Assembly (NCBI GenBank): GCA_951406725.2
Contig: OX597839.1
Location: forward strand, 11,036,001-11,100,000
Reading direction: 5' to 3'
Length of the DNA stretch: 64,000 nucleotides
Source of the DNA: Octopus vulgaris
Lineage: Eukaryota
Shown here: piece after piece, positions 24,137 to 37,572 of the stretch
Numbering within the stretch: the stretch's first letter is position 1
Layout: every line of letters starts with the position of its first letter
Position numbers and translations under genes: made by a program
Notes under the pieces: generated by a model
What the model was told of the DNA's origin: nothing
Database searches by the model: none
The model's input: only the letters and a program-made list of their open reading frames with translations

Positions 24137-24361
24137 TATTTCTTTATTACCCACAAGAGGCTAAACACAGAGGGGACAAACAAGGATAGACATAGGTATT
24201 AAGTCGATTACATCGACCCCAGTGCGTAACTGGTACTTAATTTATCGACCCCGAAAGAATGAAAGGCAAAGTCGACCTCGGCGGAATTCGAACTCACAAC
24301 ATAACGCAGACGAAATACCGCTAAGCATTTCGCCCGGCGTGCTAACGTTTCTGCCAGCTCG
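24137..24361 (-). mobile_element. SINE-B, young
   Basis: CpG-rich near-full copy; CATACC repeated at 24131 and 24362. Confidence 0.9.
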
Positions 24362-24803
24362 CATACCATTTACTTCATTACCCAGCTGTCGTCATATCCA
24401 TATGCATCACGTATTTGCTCCAGCTCAGTCTTTTTACTTGCACGCTACAACTGACTCCTCTTGCAAGCAATCACACACACACACATACACACACTTATTA
24501 GGTTTAAAGCTATTAATTGTCATTATTTAATTGCCATATGGGTCAATGGACTAATGAGTAAAGAGTTAAGTGTTAAATTGATTTTGGTTTTGAATTCTGG
24601 GGCCAGGCACAATGTCCAAAGTGTTGTGACTATGACAATCAAGATGAGCACACTAGTTGAAATATATGTGTGTAATAATATACACGCACACACACATACA
24701 TAGTACATATATACATGCGTAAATGCAGTGCCCCAGCATGGCCACAGTCTTTGGGCTGGAATACATAGAAGAATGCACACAAACACTTTCATATATATCT
24801 TCT

Positions 24804-24860
<57 letters not shown>

Positions 24861-25247
24861 AGATTAATTTTTTTGAAAGTTGTATCCTGTCATATCCAAA
24901 TCCTCAAAGCAAAAGAAGAGAAAATAAAAAAAAATGGAAATATAAAAAATAAAAAAGCCATTAAAAAAAATAATAAACTGCTGATTAAACAGATGATTTG
25001 ATTGAACTATTTTCTAAGAGTAGTCATTGACAGATTTCTACAGTGACTTAGTGAAAAGCATATTAATTAATTCCAGCTCTGTTGTGTTGACTTTGGAACA
25101 TAACTGAAATATTTAACAAACTTACATATTTAAATGAGCCTTTGATACTTTTTATTTTATTTTTTTATTATTTTTTTTTGCGCTGTATGCTTTATGTTTT
25201 AGATTTTGTTTGGTCTTCTCTCCTTCAACATATCTCCATCCCCCACT

Positions 25248-25278
<31 letters not shown>

Positions 25279-25664
25279 TTCCTTCATGACTAAGCATTAG
25301 AAAGACAGTTATGCTAATATCTATGTAGTTTATATAATAACTATCATCAGCTTATCAGCATTTCCCATAAGAACTGTATATTATTTTAGCACAATTATAC
25401 TGTCTGTACCATCTGGTTTTACAGCAAACCCAGAACTGTTTGAATCTCTCTCTCTCTCTCTTTCTTTTTCTCTCTCCCTTTCCATCATACTCTGGCTAGT
25501 TTTTCTGTTTCTTTGATGGTTTTCTAACCCACCTACCTACCTACCCTCTCAGCTAAAATGATTCTCCAAAAACATGATTTGCTTCTTCTGCAGAATACCA
25601 TTTCAGAAAGGACAAAAAAAAATACATAAATAAAATAAAGAAATGTAATAATAAAGGACAAAAT

Positions 25665-25806
25665 AAAATAATAATAATAATAATAGTAGTAATAATAATA
25701 GTAGTAGTAATAATAATAATAATAGTAATAGTAATAATAATAATAATAATAGTAATAATAATAATAATAGTAATAATAATAATAATAATAATAGTAATAA
25801 TAATAA
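25665..25806. repeat. (AAT)n/(AGT)n microsatellite
   Basis: Direct inspection. Confidence 0.95.
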
Positions 25807-26844
25807 ATGGATGAAATAAAAAGAACACTTTTCACAGCAACAACTATCACCACCACCACTGCCGCCAACAACAACAACAGCAGCAACAACCAAATTAGTT
25901 TTGTCTTATTCAATATTTCTGCAGCTGCCGAAGGAAAGAAAGTGGCATCATAAAGTTTGTTGGAAACACTGCTTCAGTTCTTTCTCTTCCTCCTCCTGCT
26001 ACTATTGCTTTTGCTGCTGCTGCTGCTGTTACTACTACAACTACCACTACTACTATTACTACTACTACTACTAAATTCTTGAGTCTATGCAATCATTGCT
26101 GAAACTGGACTCTCCCTCTGAAACTTCTACAAATATTATCCATTCTTTTTTAACTGTGTGTCAGCATGATGAAGTGGTGAGCAAAAAATACCTTCCAGTA
26201 TTTAGTTAATGCTCTTTTATCATCTGAGTTCAAATCCTGCCATGGACAGGCCATTGTCTTTTATTCTTCCAGCGGGGGTTGATAAAATACCAGTTAAGTA
26301 TCAGCGACCACCCATCCCAACCCCAACCACCCTACCCCATTCAAATCTGTGGTGTGTGTATGATTGAAAATCCTTGTTAATGCATGAGTGTGAAATGTTT
26401 ATATGTATTTAGTTATATGTGAGCGTTTGGATTAAACAACCAACAAGTCTTTCCCTGTCCAGTCTGTGATTCACTTCAATAAATGTCAAGTGTTGCGTGC
26501 TATAGTGTAGGGGTGAAATATTGTGGGATACTGTGTGTGTGTAGTGTCTTGGTTCTAATTCCCACCAGTAGCTATTTTCACCTTTACACATCTGGCTCTC
26601 TTTAGGAATGGTCTGAATGTCAAAACTCCTCTATGTATTGGTTATAAATTTTGGAACAAGGCCAGCAAATTCGGGGCTTAGGGCAAGTTGATTACATAGA
26701 TCCCAGTGCTGAACTTATTTTATCGACCCTGGTACTTATTTTATTGACCCTGAAAGATGAAAGGCAAAGTCAATCTCAGCTGAATTTAAACACAGAACCT
26801 AAAGATGGACGAAATTCCTACAAGCATTTTGCCTGGCATGTTAA

Positions 26845-27064
26845 CCCTTTCGTTACCAACCTGGCTGAAACAGGCTCTGGCTCTGAGTACAAATGTCTTG
26901 TTTCCATAAGTTTTGAATTAAAATCTTCCATTAAACCTTAGTCACAATTAATCTTCCTAACACTAGCTTAACGATAACTAAGTTGTTTTACTAAAGTCTT
27001 TGTTATATTTAAAGTAACTGAAAGAAACAAAGAATATCTAAAAATAAATACAGTAACAAAAGGG
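26845..27064. mobile_element. piggyBac-type MITE, family B (220 bp), nested in a SINE-B (~26645-27092)
   Basis: TTAA at 26841-26844 and 27065-27068; the SINE-B head continues on both sides (GCCTGGCATG|TTAA...ACAATTTTGCCAGCTC). Confidence 0.9.
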
Positions 27065-27547
27065 TTAAACAATTTTGCCAGCTCATTGCCTTACAACAAC
27101 TCTTCTACATATTGCCTAAAATATCACCTGTTTGTGGATTCCATATAGCTGGGAAGCAAGTGTGGAGCATGATTTCAATATTTGCTTGACTATTGTACCT
27201 ATTCATTGTTAGTATTAGTTTCTGAATATGAATCTATCTAAAGTACTAACCTTCTGCTTTAACCCTGTTAACACCTGCTTGTTTGTAACTGGTCTGATTG
27301 AATTCATTGTTTACATTTAAATTATAATCTCATTAATTATTACATTGGGTGTGAAATTTCAATTGATCAGCCACTACCAGCAAAATATATTCCTTTCACT
27401 ATATAATATAGTTACAGATATTTCACCGAAATCCTTCTCCACAATCTGGATGTGTCAAGTGCACTGAATCATCATTCAGTATGAAAAATACATATAAATT
27501 GTGTTATAATATTAAGTAGTATGTTGAGTACTTGTTATGATAATTGG

Positions 27548-27692
27548 TACAGGCGTGACTATGTAGTTAAGAGCTTCCTTCCAAGCCATATGGTTCCAGG
27601 TTCAACCCACTGTATGGCACCTTGGGCAAATGTCAGCCTCAAGCTGACTGAAGCTTTGTGAGTGGATTCAGGAGAAGGAAACTGAAAGAAGC

Positions 27693-27747
<55 letters not shown>

Positions 27748-27827
27748 ATGTGTATGTATGTATATGCATGTGTCTTTGTGTCTGTATTTGTTCCCTACCA
27801 CTGCTTGACATCCCTGTAACTTAACAG
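27548..27827 (+). mobile_element. SINE-A, old partial copy
   Basis: Degenerate head, CCTTGGGCAA and GGAAACTGAAAGAAGCCC motifs, expanded (TA)n. Confidence 0.75.
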
Positions 27828-28822
27828 TGTGTGTGTGTGTGTGTGTGTTAAAATAATTATGGTTAAGATAATGTCAATCATTCTTTTTACTGATTCTGGA
27901 TGTGTTAGGAGGGGTTAGAGTTGTCTTTTTCTTATTTTATAACAAAGGTGTCTAAGTTGAAAGTCCCTTTCAACATTTTCCTAGTAAAAATATAATAAAT
28001 CTGATATGTGTTTTCCGAATTCAATCTCACCAATGTATATCGGGCAGTTGTCCTCTACAGCTTTGGTTTGGCCAGTTTCATGCAAGGGAATTTGATGGAT
28101 GGAAGCTGTGCAGATGCACGTCATATTGTGTTTGTCTTCACATTGACACCACTTGAGCAGTGGTGGTCATTGTTTGTTTTCTTTTTCTAAATATAAAATC
28201 AATTGTTCAATGTGTAAAGATATGGAATAAAGTGCTTTATTTGAAAACAAGCAAAGCTTGGCATCTGGAAGGGCATCTATGTCCACTCCTTGCCAGAATG
28301 GAGAAAAATAGACATAAAAGTGATGATGATGATGAATGTAGTCAGTGTTACTCTCATGATAGCATTTGATTTCCTCTCATTGTGTGTTTAGTTCAATCAA
28401 TAACAAGTATTGTTGAAGTGAATCCTCCTCCAGCTGACTTTTGTCTATTTAAATTGCAACTTCTCTTCCATTTACTTATTATTATGCAATCTGTAACAAC
28501 CTCTTATTTACAAATCTTCTCAGTTCATACATTTATTCATGAACACATATGTACATGCATACTTATGCACATACATACATACATTTGCACATACATAGAC
28601 ATATATATGTCAGTGCATTTCCTGTGTAAATGCAAAGCATGCAATTCATGTCTAAAGATACATAAATGGATACAAATAGCAATTCAAACTTGGATATAAA
28701 TAAAGCTTTCATCTTTTTTATAAGACAGCCGGAAAGAGGGTACGTATAAGATATATGTACATTGCATCAGTTGTATTGCTTTGATGCTTTGACTTCAAAA
28801 ATTACTTGCTGCCATCACTGTA

Positions 28823-29255
28823 ATCATCATCATTGTTCGACCGTGGTCGAGACAATGGAATTTACTATGCTACGCCAGACTTCACGGTCCATCATAGCAT
28901 TACAGAGGTCCTGTTGCTGGATGCCTGTATCACTGGAGATATTACACCAGGGTAGGAGAGTGTGCGCCCTCTGGTATCGCGAGTAGATGGCTTCCAGAGG
29001 AGAAGAGCAGAAATTACTTCGTTTTCAGCTCTACAACAATGTCCAGCAAACTGGACTCTTCTACCTTTCACAAGAGATGATACAGGTGGTAGTTTACCAT
29101 ATATTTGCATTTTGGTTGGATAACGCTTCCATGAGAGATTTTGAGCTCTCATAAGGAGGCGAGTGTAAGTTCTATCCAACCGCCTCTCAAGCTTCTTTGA
29201 TGATGTCCAGGTTTCTGAGCCATAAAGTAGAATTGGTTCGACTGTGGCTTTGAAG
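28823..29255 (-). mobile_element. RTE-clade LINE 3' fragment (lineage 1) with 9-bp TSD
   Basis: FKATVEPILLYGSETW...FAGHC; (TGA)n tail; TSD ATCACTGTA at 28814-28822 and 29256-29264. Confidence 0.93.
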
Positions 29256-29584
29256 ATCACTGTATTGACTAGACTTTTGGATATTGTTATACATCATTGG
29301 TCACAATGCACTTACTTACACTTTTGTAGCTTTTGAATGATGCTACCCTATTGGCTAGGCAGGCAGCCAACATTTCTCCCTGAATGGAATATCCATTCTG
29401 TTTCAGAGTTGTCCACTTACAGCTGAGTGGACTGGAGCAATGTGAAATGAAGTGTTTTGTCTGAGAATGCAATATGCTGCTGGTCTGGGAATCAAAACCA
29501 CGATCTTGTGATTAAGAGCGCATTTCCCTAACCTATGCCTTCATGTGTGCGTGTGTATTAATAAAGTGGGACACAGGAAAGTAA

Positions 29585-29735
29585 GCAGAGAGACTTGCTC
29601 AAGAGGTGGAAGCAGGTGCAGCCTAGACAGATCTGAAAGAATCCTATAAGATCACCTAAAGACTTTGAGGAAATTATTGAGCCACTTCCAGGTGAAATTG
29701 TTTCTGCTCTAAGGAACTGTGCACCCGGAATTTGA
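29585..29735 (+). pseudogene. Degraded internal RTE ORF fragment (endonuclease-RT linker)
   Basis: Reads AERLAQEVEAGAA*TDLKESYKIT*RL then, in a shifted frame, EEIIEPLPGEIVSALRNCAPG, resembling RTE LAxEAExAA...LYxITxxL and EIxxAL...APG motifs. Confidence 0.5.
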
Positions 29736-30538
29736 GTGCCAGTGTAACATCTTATAGCTTCCTCAGAGCCGTTTGAATGTAATATTTCTTTATTGCAGAA
29801 AGCATTTGCTTACACTATGGAGCATAAGTAAATTGGGTGCTAACAAGTGGTACTGCACTGAGCAAGCAAAGACATAATAAATTATAAATATCCCAATTTG
29901 TTTTTTGTAAAGTATAACTGTGTTTTTTTTTTGTGTGTGGGTATTTTTGGTATGTATGAATGGTGTATGTGTCTGTGTGTGTGAGAGAGAGAAACACATA
30001 TGGAGCAAAGATTTTTATCAAATAACTCAATTTTATCTGAACCATAGCTTCCTGACTGGTTAAAAAACTTGACATTTTCATGGTCTACCTGCTGGTGATT
30101 AAATCTTACTTGATTAGCAAGCAATAATTAATTTCTGAATCTGAAAATTTTTTCAGTCAGAAAATTATGATATTGTGTAATGTAATTAGTTGCTGGAGAA
30201 ATATTGTTTTGTGGACTGCTGTCATTTAGCTAATTGGTAATTTATGGCTAACCTCCCAAACTACATCATTTCTTTCTGTCAGAATCCCCACCCACTCTTA
30301 GCATTCCCCTACTTACCACCACTACCACCACCATCATCATCATCATTGATGTTGTTTATGATTATTATTATTATTATTTATGATTATTATATATGGTTGT
30401 TGTTTGTTATTTTTTTTGTGTAGATTACGTTATAGATGCAAGATTTACTAGATATCTGATTCATTGCTTTTGTGATTTGTCACTTCTGTTGATATCTGAA
30501 GAGATCTGTATTAAGTTAGGCTTATTCAGATGTGTGTG

Positions 30539-30581
<43 letters not shown>

Positions 30582-31380
30582 CACGCACATAAACATAATA
30601 TACACATATAATACACACCACACAAACATATACACATATAATTGATATGATATATATATAATGTGTGTGTGTGTATATATATATACTTAGTGTAGCATTA
30701 CAATAAAGTATATCAAATTACTTATTAAATAAAGACATCGCACGTCTTAACTCCATCAATTTAATTAAGATTTTTTTCTCTAACTGTTTTTTTCTCTAAT
30801 ATTTGTATTTTCTTTCTTTGAATTGATATAAGAAAGTGAATACATTTGTAAAGGTTACAAAGATTACCTTCTCTTCCCCCCCCCCCCACCTCTTCTCTCA
30901 ATATTGTTGTAAAGATTTCTACGATATCAAACTGGTGTCTGATGAAATAATGGAATTACTAGTCTTATTTTCTCAATTTATTGTATATTATTAAAAAAAA
31001 ATGCATTACACATCATAAATGTTTTATTTTTTCTCTCGCTTAGTTAAACATTTTCTCTCCTTTTCTCCCTCCCCCTCTGTCTCTCTCCCCTTCTTCACTC
31101 ATAAACACAATATACATACCTTATCTGTTCCTTAAGATCTATGTCTCCACGCATTCTTTAGTCTAATCCCAAGTCTCTGCTCACTTATCTCTCTCTACTT
31201 TATATTCTATCAAGTAAATAACATCTGAAATTGTCTTGAATTTCATTTCATTTCCAAATCTTCTACAGCACACTTCTGCCATTCATTAGTCCTTGAAGCT
31301 TTAAATCATAGTTATCTGCTTATCTTATTGCAAGTCTTGCTTTGGTTTACCAATTATTATTATTATTATTGTTATTATTA

Positions 31381-32179
31381 TCACCAATAATATTAATGCG
31401 CTAACTTTTTTGTTTTTGTATGTACCTGTTGTGTGCGTCACACTTCAAAGAAGTGACAAAGCGAGAGAGGAGGACAGAGAGGAAGTAAGAAGAGAGAGAG
31501 AAAGAGAGTGAAAGAGACAGTGTGTGGTGATGGCATTCATTTTGTGTTTTTAAATGTTTCAGCAAGGACGTAAGAGAGAAAGAAAGAAGGTGAAAGAGGC
31601 AGAGAGTGGTGATGGCGTTTGTTTTGTGTTTTTAAATGTTTATCACATCGCAGGAGAAGTAGATACATAGATACATATACACATTGTTAAATCAAAAGCG
31701 GGAGAGAAGAGGGACACAAAGGAAGTGAAAGAGAAAGTGAGAGAGACAGTAGATACATAAATCCAAAGAAAAGTTCATACATAGATACAGCAAATATTGG
31801 CTGTCAGTTTCACTTTTCATTACCACCCGGGAATAAAATTAACTCACAAATGGCTGAGTACTCCACAGACATACATAACATTAACATAGTTCTCAGGGAG
31901 ATTCAGCCTCACACAGAATATGACAAGGCTGGCCCCGTTGAATTACAGCTACAACTTGAGACATATATATGAATGTGTGTGTGTATAGTATAGGTTAGTT
32001 AAAACGTTTGCAATAATAAGTGTCGTGTGGTGGAAATAAACGCAATTAGCAAACTTTCATTCATAAATCCATTTATTATTTCGTTCTTTTGCATTTCAAT
32101 TTCTCATGGCACCGGTACACTGTTTACAGATGCTTACATTTTTTAATGTTTTCTGTGAATTTTTCATGGGTCCAACTAG
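31381..32179 (+). mobile_element. Non-autonomous Helitron (~800 bp) in an (ATT)n tract, with a nested SINE-D fragment
   Basis: A|TC start (TCACCAATAATATTAATGCG), 3' CpG-decayed hairpin CTGTGAA-TTT-TTCATGG then CTAG at 32176-32179; (ATT)n on both flanks; internal repeated GTGGTGATGGC...TTTTGTGTTTTTAAATGTTT unit. Confidence 0.6.
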
Positions 32180-32287
32180 CTATTATTATTATTATCACCC
32201 CTCACTCCCCATAGTTTTCAATTCTTGTTTGGTTTTTCCACTATGTTAAACTGTCTTCACCACTCCTGGCTCAGCATGTATTGTAAC

Positions 32288-32515
32288 AGGCGGCAAGCTG
32301 GCAGGAATTTTAGCATGCCGGGCGAAATGCATAGCTGTATTTCATCTGCCGTTACGTTCTGGGTTCAAATTCCGCCGAGGTCGACTTTGCCTTTCATCCT
32401 TTCGAGGTCGATAAATTAAGTACCAATTACGCACTAGGGTTGATGTAATCGACTTAATCCGTTTGTCCTTGTTTGTCCTCTCTGTGTTTAGCCCCTTGTA
32501 GGTAGTAAAGAAACA
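32288..32515 (+). mobile_element. SINE-B, full length
   Basis: Head GGCGGCAAGCTGGCAG through tail GTAGTAAAGAAA. Confidence 0.9.
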
Positions 32516-33725
32516 GCTAACCAACCAACCAACCAACCAACCAACCATTCAATCATCATCATCATCATTTTAGTGTCCACTTTTTCATGCTTGCATGGAT
32601 CAGATGGAATTTGTTGAGGCAGATTTTAATACTCATTATGAGTATTATTTGATTTATTTTTGACTTCTCCTCTTCTATCTGTTGGAAATCTCCAACTCCC
32701 AACAAGATGTGATGGCCTTTATGCAGTTGGTCAAACTGCTAGAAGTTGCAGCTCAAGTTACTCATTATCATCTTAACAAAAGGGTGAAGGGTACTATTGA
32801 CAACATTGTCCTAGATATACAGTCTGAACAGAAATTGGGAGAGTCAGGGGAGGAATAATTTTAATCATATATATCTGATTAGCCAGGACTGACTCTGGGA
32901 GACAGACAACACCTCCACCACCACCACCACCATCATCATCAACAACTATAAAGAACTGTAACAAAACTAACCCTAATTCATTGGCTTTCACCGCTGATTC
33001 AACTTGTAGATGCTTTTAGAAATAACACTCTTTCTTTTATACATGAAGCAACTATTAATTCACCTTCCACATTGCTGGGTTTTACCCAATGACAAGCTCT
33101 TTTAAATGTGAAAACTGTTAAAGAATATACATTTTAACATGTGTTGTTGCCAAACAATTTGGCACTGCAGCTGTAAAAAACATTATTTCCAAGCTATAAA
33201 CCTGGGTTTTTTGTTTTCCTTCTCCTTGGTTGAGCTTTTTTAAATTATTATTTTTTTTTTTCAGGAAAATCTTGACTTAGATTTAAAAGAGAGATTAACA
33301 CACACACGTCTTAATTTTGGTCATCCAGGTTCGGAGTTGTGGCTAGGGCTAGCAGCACTGCTGTATAAAAAGCACTTCTTGCCGAGAGGGCAAAAAGGGG
33401 GTAGAGAGAGGGGCATAAATACAAATCAAAACAAATAAGTTCCCTGCACTCGTCTTGAGCAAGTGGAGTGCAGGGGTAAAGAGGTTCTTTACTGTTGATA
33501 TCCTTCAGTCAAATCCCTTCAAGGGAAACTGGTGGATTGAGAAAAGTACTAAGAAGGGATTAACTGGTTGCTGTTAGAAAGGGTTGCACAGGACAGGGAG
33601 AAGTCGAAAGGTATATGTTGATCATACTACAGATGAACATGAGATGACACATTCTGATTGGAATGATCAAGCCACTGGCTTTATCACCATCATCATCATT
33701 GTGTGCACTGATACACACACACACA

Positions 33726-33762
<37 letters not shown>

Positions 33763-34052
33763 ACGAACTCTGCATCACTTTCAATGTATGATTGTCTAGT
33801 TGTTTGATCAAAGTGGCTGTGTATTCCTTAGAAATGTGCATCTGTAGCATAAACCTCAATGATAATTATCTTGGGTTTTTGAATTACTGGTATAGTTCAT
33901 CTGACGGGTGTCTGTCCGTCCAAATTTCACTTGCAAGGCTTGGGTTAATCCCAGGTTATGACTAAGACATTTTGACTCAAATACTACAGGGTGGGGCCTG
34001 AACCTGGAACTACATGGTTTTGAAACAAACTTCTTAAGCTTTGCACACACAC

Positions 34053-34101
34053 ATCCCTATCCATCCATCCATCCATCCATCCATCCATCCTTCCATCCAT
34101 G

Positions 34102-34169
<68 letters not shown>

Positions 34170-34170
34170 C
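34053..34170. repeat. (ATCC)n(ATCT)n microsatellite
   Basis: Direct inspection. Confidence 0.95.
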
Positions 34171-34811
34171 ACATCTCATTCAAAGCATTGGATGAAGGAG
34201 GCTGAAATAAATTTTCTCTCCTTCTCTCCACCCTGTCTTTCTCGCTTTCCTCAACTCCTTTCCTCTTTCCGCTAGAAAGCTATGCCAACTTGAGAAGTAG
34301 GACCATGTAGAGGAAGGTCAAGGTCTTACAGTTGAACTACATCCCCCTTTCCCTACTCTTACATTCCTCTTCCTGCTACTCCCAGCCCTGACTTGTGAGC
34401 TTGTGTTAAGGGCCACCCCTCTACTAGCAGCTGATTATCCTAGCAGCCTTCTTCCTTGTTACTGTACTATTATTACTGCTGCTGCTACTACTACTGCTAC
34501 TATCACCATCACCACCACCACCACCATCACCACCATCTCATTATATCTGTATTCCAGTGTTTTCTAGTAGTCTCTTTTCTGCTCCCACTCTAACCTGCAT
34601 GAACAGGAGCACATGCATGTGCATACGCTTTTTCCACTTGCTCTTTTATTTCCTCTCTCTCTCTCTCAGTGTTTCCCAGAAAACAACAATAGCTACCTAA
34701 TCTATCATGGATTATCTGTCCATCTTGATTATTAGCATTTATTGTAATAATAATAATAATTATCATTATTATTATTGTTGTTGTTGTTGTTGTACTCCTC
34801 AAATTTAGCAG

Positions 34812-35176
34812 CTCTCTTTTACTCTTTTACTTGTTTCAGTCATTTGACTGCGGTCGAGCAAATCGACCCTGGGACTTATTCTTTTGCCGAACCGCTAAGT
34901 GACGGGGACGTAAACACACCAGCATTGGTTGTCAAGCAATGCTAGGGGGACAAACACAGACACACAAACATATACACACACAGACACACATATATATATA
35001 TATACATATATACGATGGGCTACTTTAAGTTTCTGTCTACCAAATCCACTCACAAGGCTTTGGTCGGCCCGAGGCTATAGCAGAAGACACTTGCCCAAGA
35101 TGCCACGCAGTGGGACTGAACCCGGAACCATGTGGTTGGTTAGCAAGCTACTTACCACACAGCCACTCCTGCGCCT
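34812..35176 (-). mobile_element. SINE-A, young subfamily, two internal deletions in the tail region
   Basis: Aligns to 7843 and 19421 with deletions near 34852 and 34882. Confidence 0.9.
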
Positions 35177-35671
35177 ATCATATTACTATTTATGATTATT
35201 TATTATTATTATTAGAGCATCCGTTAAAATGCTTTGCTGCATTTATTCTGGTACTCCACGTTCTGGGTCCAGCTCCTGCTCAGGTTGTCTCTCATTCCTT
35301 CAGGGTCGATATAAAAGTAGAGCTCTAGTGAAGTACTGGGGTTGATTTAATCAGCTAATCCACTTTGGGTTTTGCTAGAAATATCAGGTTTTGGACCTGC
35401 GTCAGAAATAATTATTGTTAAAGGTCACTGAATGGCTGAACCGTCAGAGCTTTGAACAAAATTTCTCAGTGGTATGTAGTTATGGCCCTTTGCATTATGA
35501 GTTCATATCTAACCGGAGCCAACTTTGCCTCTCACTTTTCTGAAGTAAATAACATAAATTGATAATCAATGCTGGTATCGACATAATTGACTCTACCTCT
35601 CCCTCCCTCAAATTTCTGGTTTGTTCTTATGGATGAAATTATTATGGGACAAAACATTGAAAACTGAGTAT

Positions 35672-35955
35672 TACAAAGTAGATGACAAAGGACTGAGGTA
35701 TCTGGTGCCTTGCTATACTCAAGAAGATCCATCCACCACAGCAGAATTGATACCAATGCAAGTGGCACATAAAGAGCACTGGTGTTGGTGCCACATAAAA
35801 AAGCACCCAGTACACTCTCTGGAGTGGATGGCATCAGGAAGCAATGCTAGAACAGACAATGGAGCCTGGTGTGGCCCCTGGCTTATCAGCTCTGGCCAAA
35901 CTGTCCAACCTATGCCAGCATGGAAAATGGATATTAAGTGATGATGATTATGATG
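35672..35955 (+). mobile_element. SINE-C
   Basis: AAAAGCACCCAGTACACTCT..AGTGG.TGGCATCAGGAAG...CCAGCATGGAAAATGGATATTAAGTGATGATG. Confidence 0.75.
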
Positions 35956-37010
35956 GAAACTGGGTCTTTAGTTTATATGTGAAGCATTCCTGGTTATCAC
36001 ATCAGTTAAAGAGCGTTTCCAGCTCTTTTACTGCACTTAGTTCATGAGTCAGACTGTATAAAAAAAATCCCTTTTTTTCCCCCTGCTTATGCCAGAAGAG
36101 ATTGCATGTGAAACGTATCAACTGTTTCATGCATGAAATATTTTGGTTGTAAGGCATTATTTTTGTTCCCATGATTCAGTGTTATCTTTAAGTTACTATG
36201 TTAATAATTGCTATCATTGTTGTACTCATAAAAAATAGTTCCTTATAAAGTATCTAGTTGTATATATATATCTACATCAACTTATTTACTTTAGTGTGCA
36301 TTTGTGGAGTGTAGGTAGGGTTTTAGTGGGCATGATTCTCTAGCCATTTATACAAATGCTTTCTTTTGCTTCTGTTGGTCATTTTTGCATTTGGTTTGCT
36401 AGAAGCAGTTATGTGCAAGTGTGTATGTGGAGCACAAGTGGGGTTTTAGTGATTACGAATCTGATACAACTTCCGTTAGTTTTCTCAACACCATGGTTCC
36501 TGATCACTTGATCATTTCCTACTCTTACTTTAAAATCACCTATTACATGATTTTGTCTTGTTTTGGGTATTCTACAAAGTTCCTAATAAAATCAGACGTT
36601 ACAAAGAATATCAGATGGCAGCATCAGTATGTTGGTGCTCATCAATGTGACTTAGCACAAAGAATACTCAGTAATTCCAAAACCAGTGGATAACCTTCCA
36701 GAAGATGAGGTAGCTTGATCTCAGTAAGTCAACAATGTCTAAATTAGCTTCTGAGAGCTGTTTGATACAAGGACAGCTTGTCAAGTTGATGACTATCAAG
36801 TAATATTCTTATATTCCTCATGAGAAGCCTGAGTGGCATATTTTGTTTAGTTGTCTTTTGGCTGTTATACGAGATGTTCTTCTTGATTGATGTAGCTTCC
36901 TGTTCAGGAACCAGGCTGAATGGATGATTTTTATTTAGGTCACCTGCTTTAGTTACTTCTGTGACTAAGGTGAACTACATGATTCTTAAACAGGATTACT
37001 TAGTTGCACA

Positions 37011-37329
37011 TGGACAGCGGGGCTCACCAATTGAGAAGTTCTTAAGCAGATCAGGCCGAAAATGTAGCTAGAAGCTAGGATCACCAAGCATAGATTGGCA
37101 TATTTCGGTCATATTATGTGCAGAAAATCCCTGGAGAAGGACATCATGCTCGGAATGGTCAGTGGCAAGAGAGGAAGAGGCCGACCAAGAACCTGCTGGC
37201 TTGACACCATCAAGTGTGATACCAGAATGGACATAGCCAATCTGAAAGAAGCAGCCCAGGATAGAACTGACTGGAGGACACTGATCCAATGAGTAACCGA
37301 GAGTCGACTTCGACTGAACGGATAGAGAG
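37011..37329 (+). mobile_element. RTE-clade (BovB-like) LINE 3' fragment (lineage 2) with 9-bp TSD
   Basis: YFGHIM...LEKDIMLG..SGKRGRGRPRT.WLD...DRTDWR; TSD AGTTGCACA at 37002-37010 and 37330-37338. Confidence 0.92.
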
Positions 37330-37351
37330 AGTTGCACAGGCACACTCTTAA

Positions 37352-37572
37352 CCTTTTAGCATTCAAACCGGCCATATCTGGCCAAAATATTTAACCTGTT
37401 TTATATTGAAACTGACCAGCTCTCGCCTCTCACCTCAGCCCTACCATGTCATTCTAAAACTAAAAAAATCACATCACTGAAATCTCTAAATTACAAGATA
37501 ATGCAGGATTAATTCAAAACAATATAAATAAACAAACATCACATTTGACAGAATAATCTGAACACTAAAGGG
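37352..37572. mobile_element. piggyBac-type MITE, diverged family A variant (221 bp)
   Basis: TTAA at 37348-37351 and 37573-37576; CCTTTTAG...CTAAAGGG. Confidence 0.88.

Noticed and set aside
34929-35195. Recurrent 'MSSNARGTNTDTQ...RHLPKMPRSGTEPGTMWLVSKLLTTQ' ORFs suggesting a gene family
   Set aside because: They are antisense translations of SINE-A copies, and frames are not preserved between copies.
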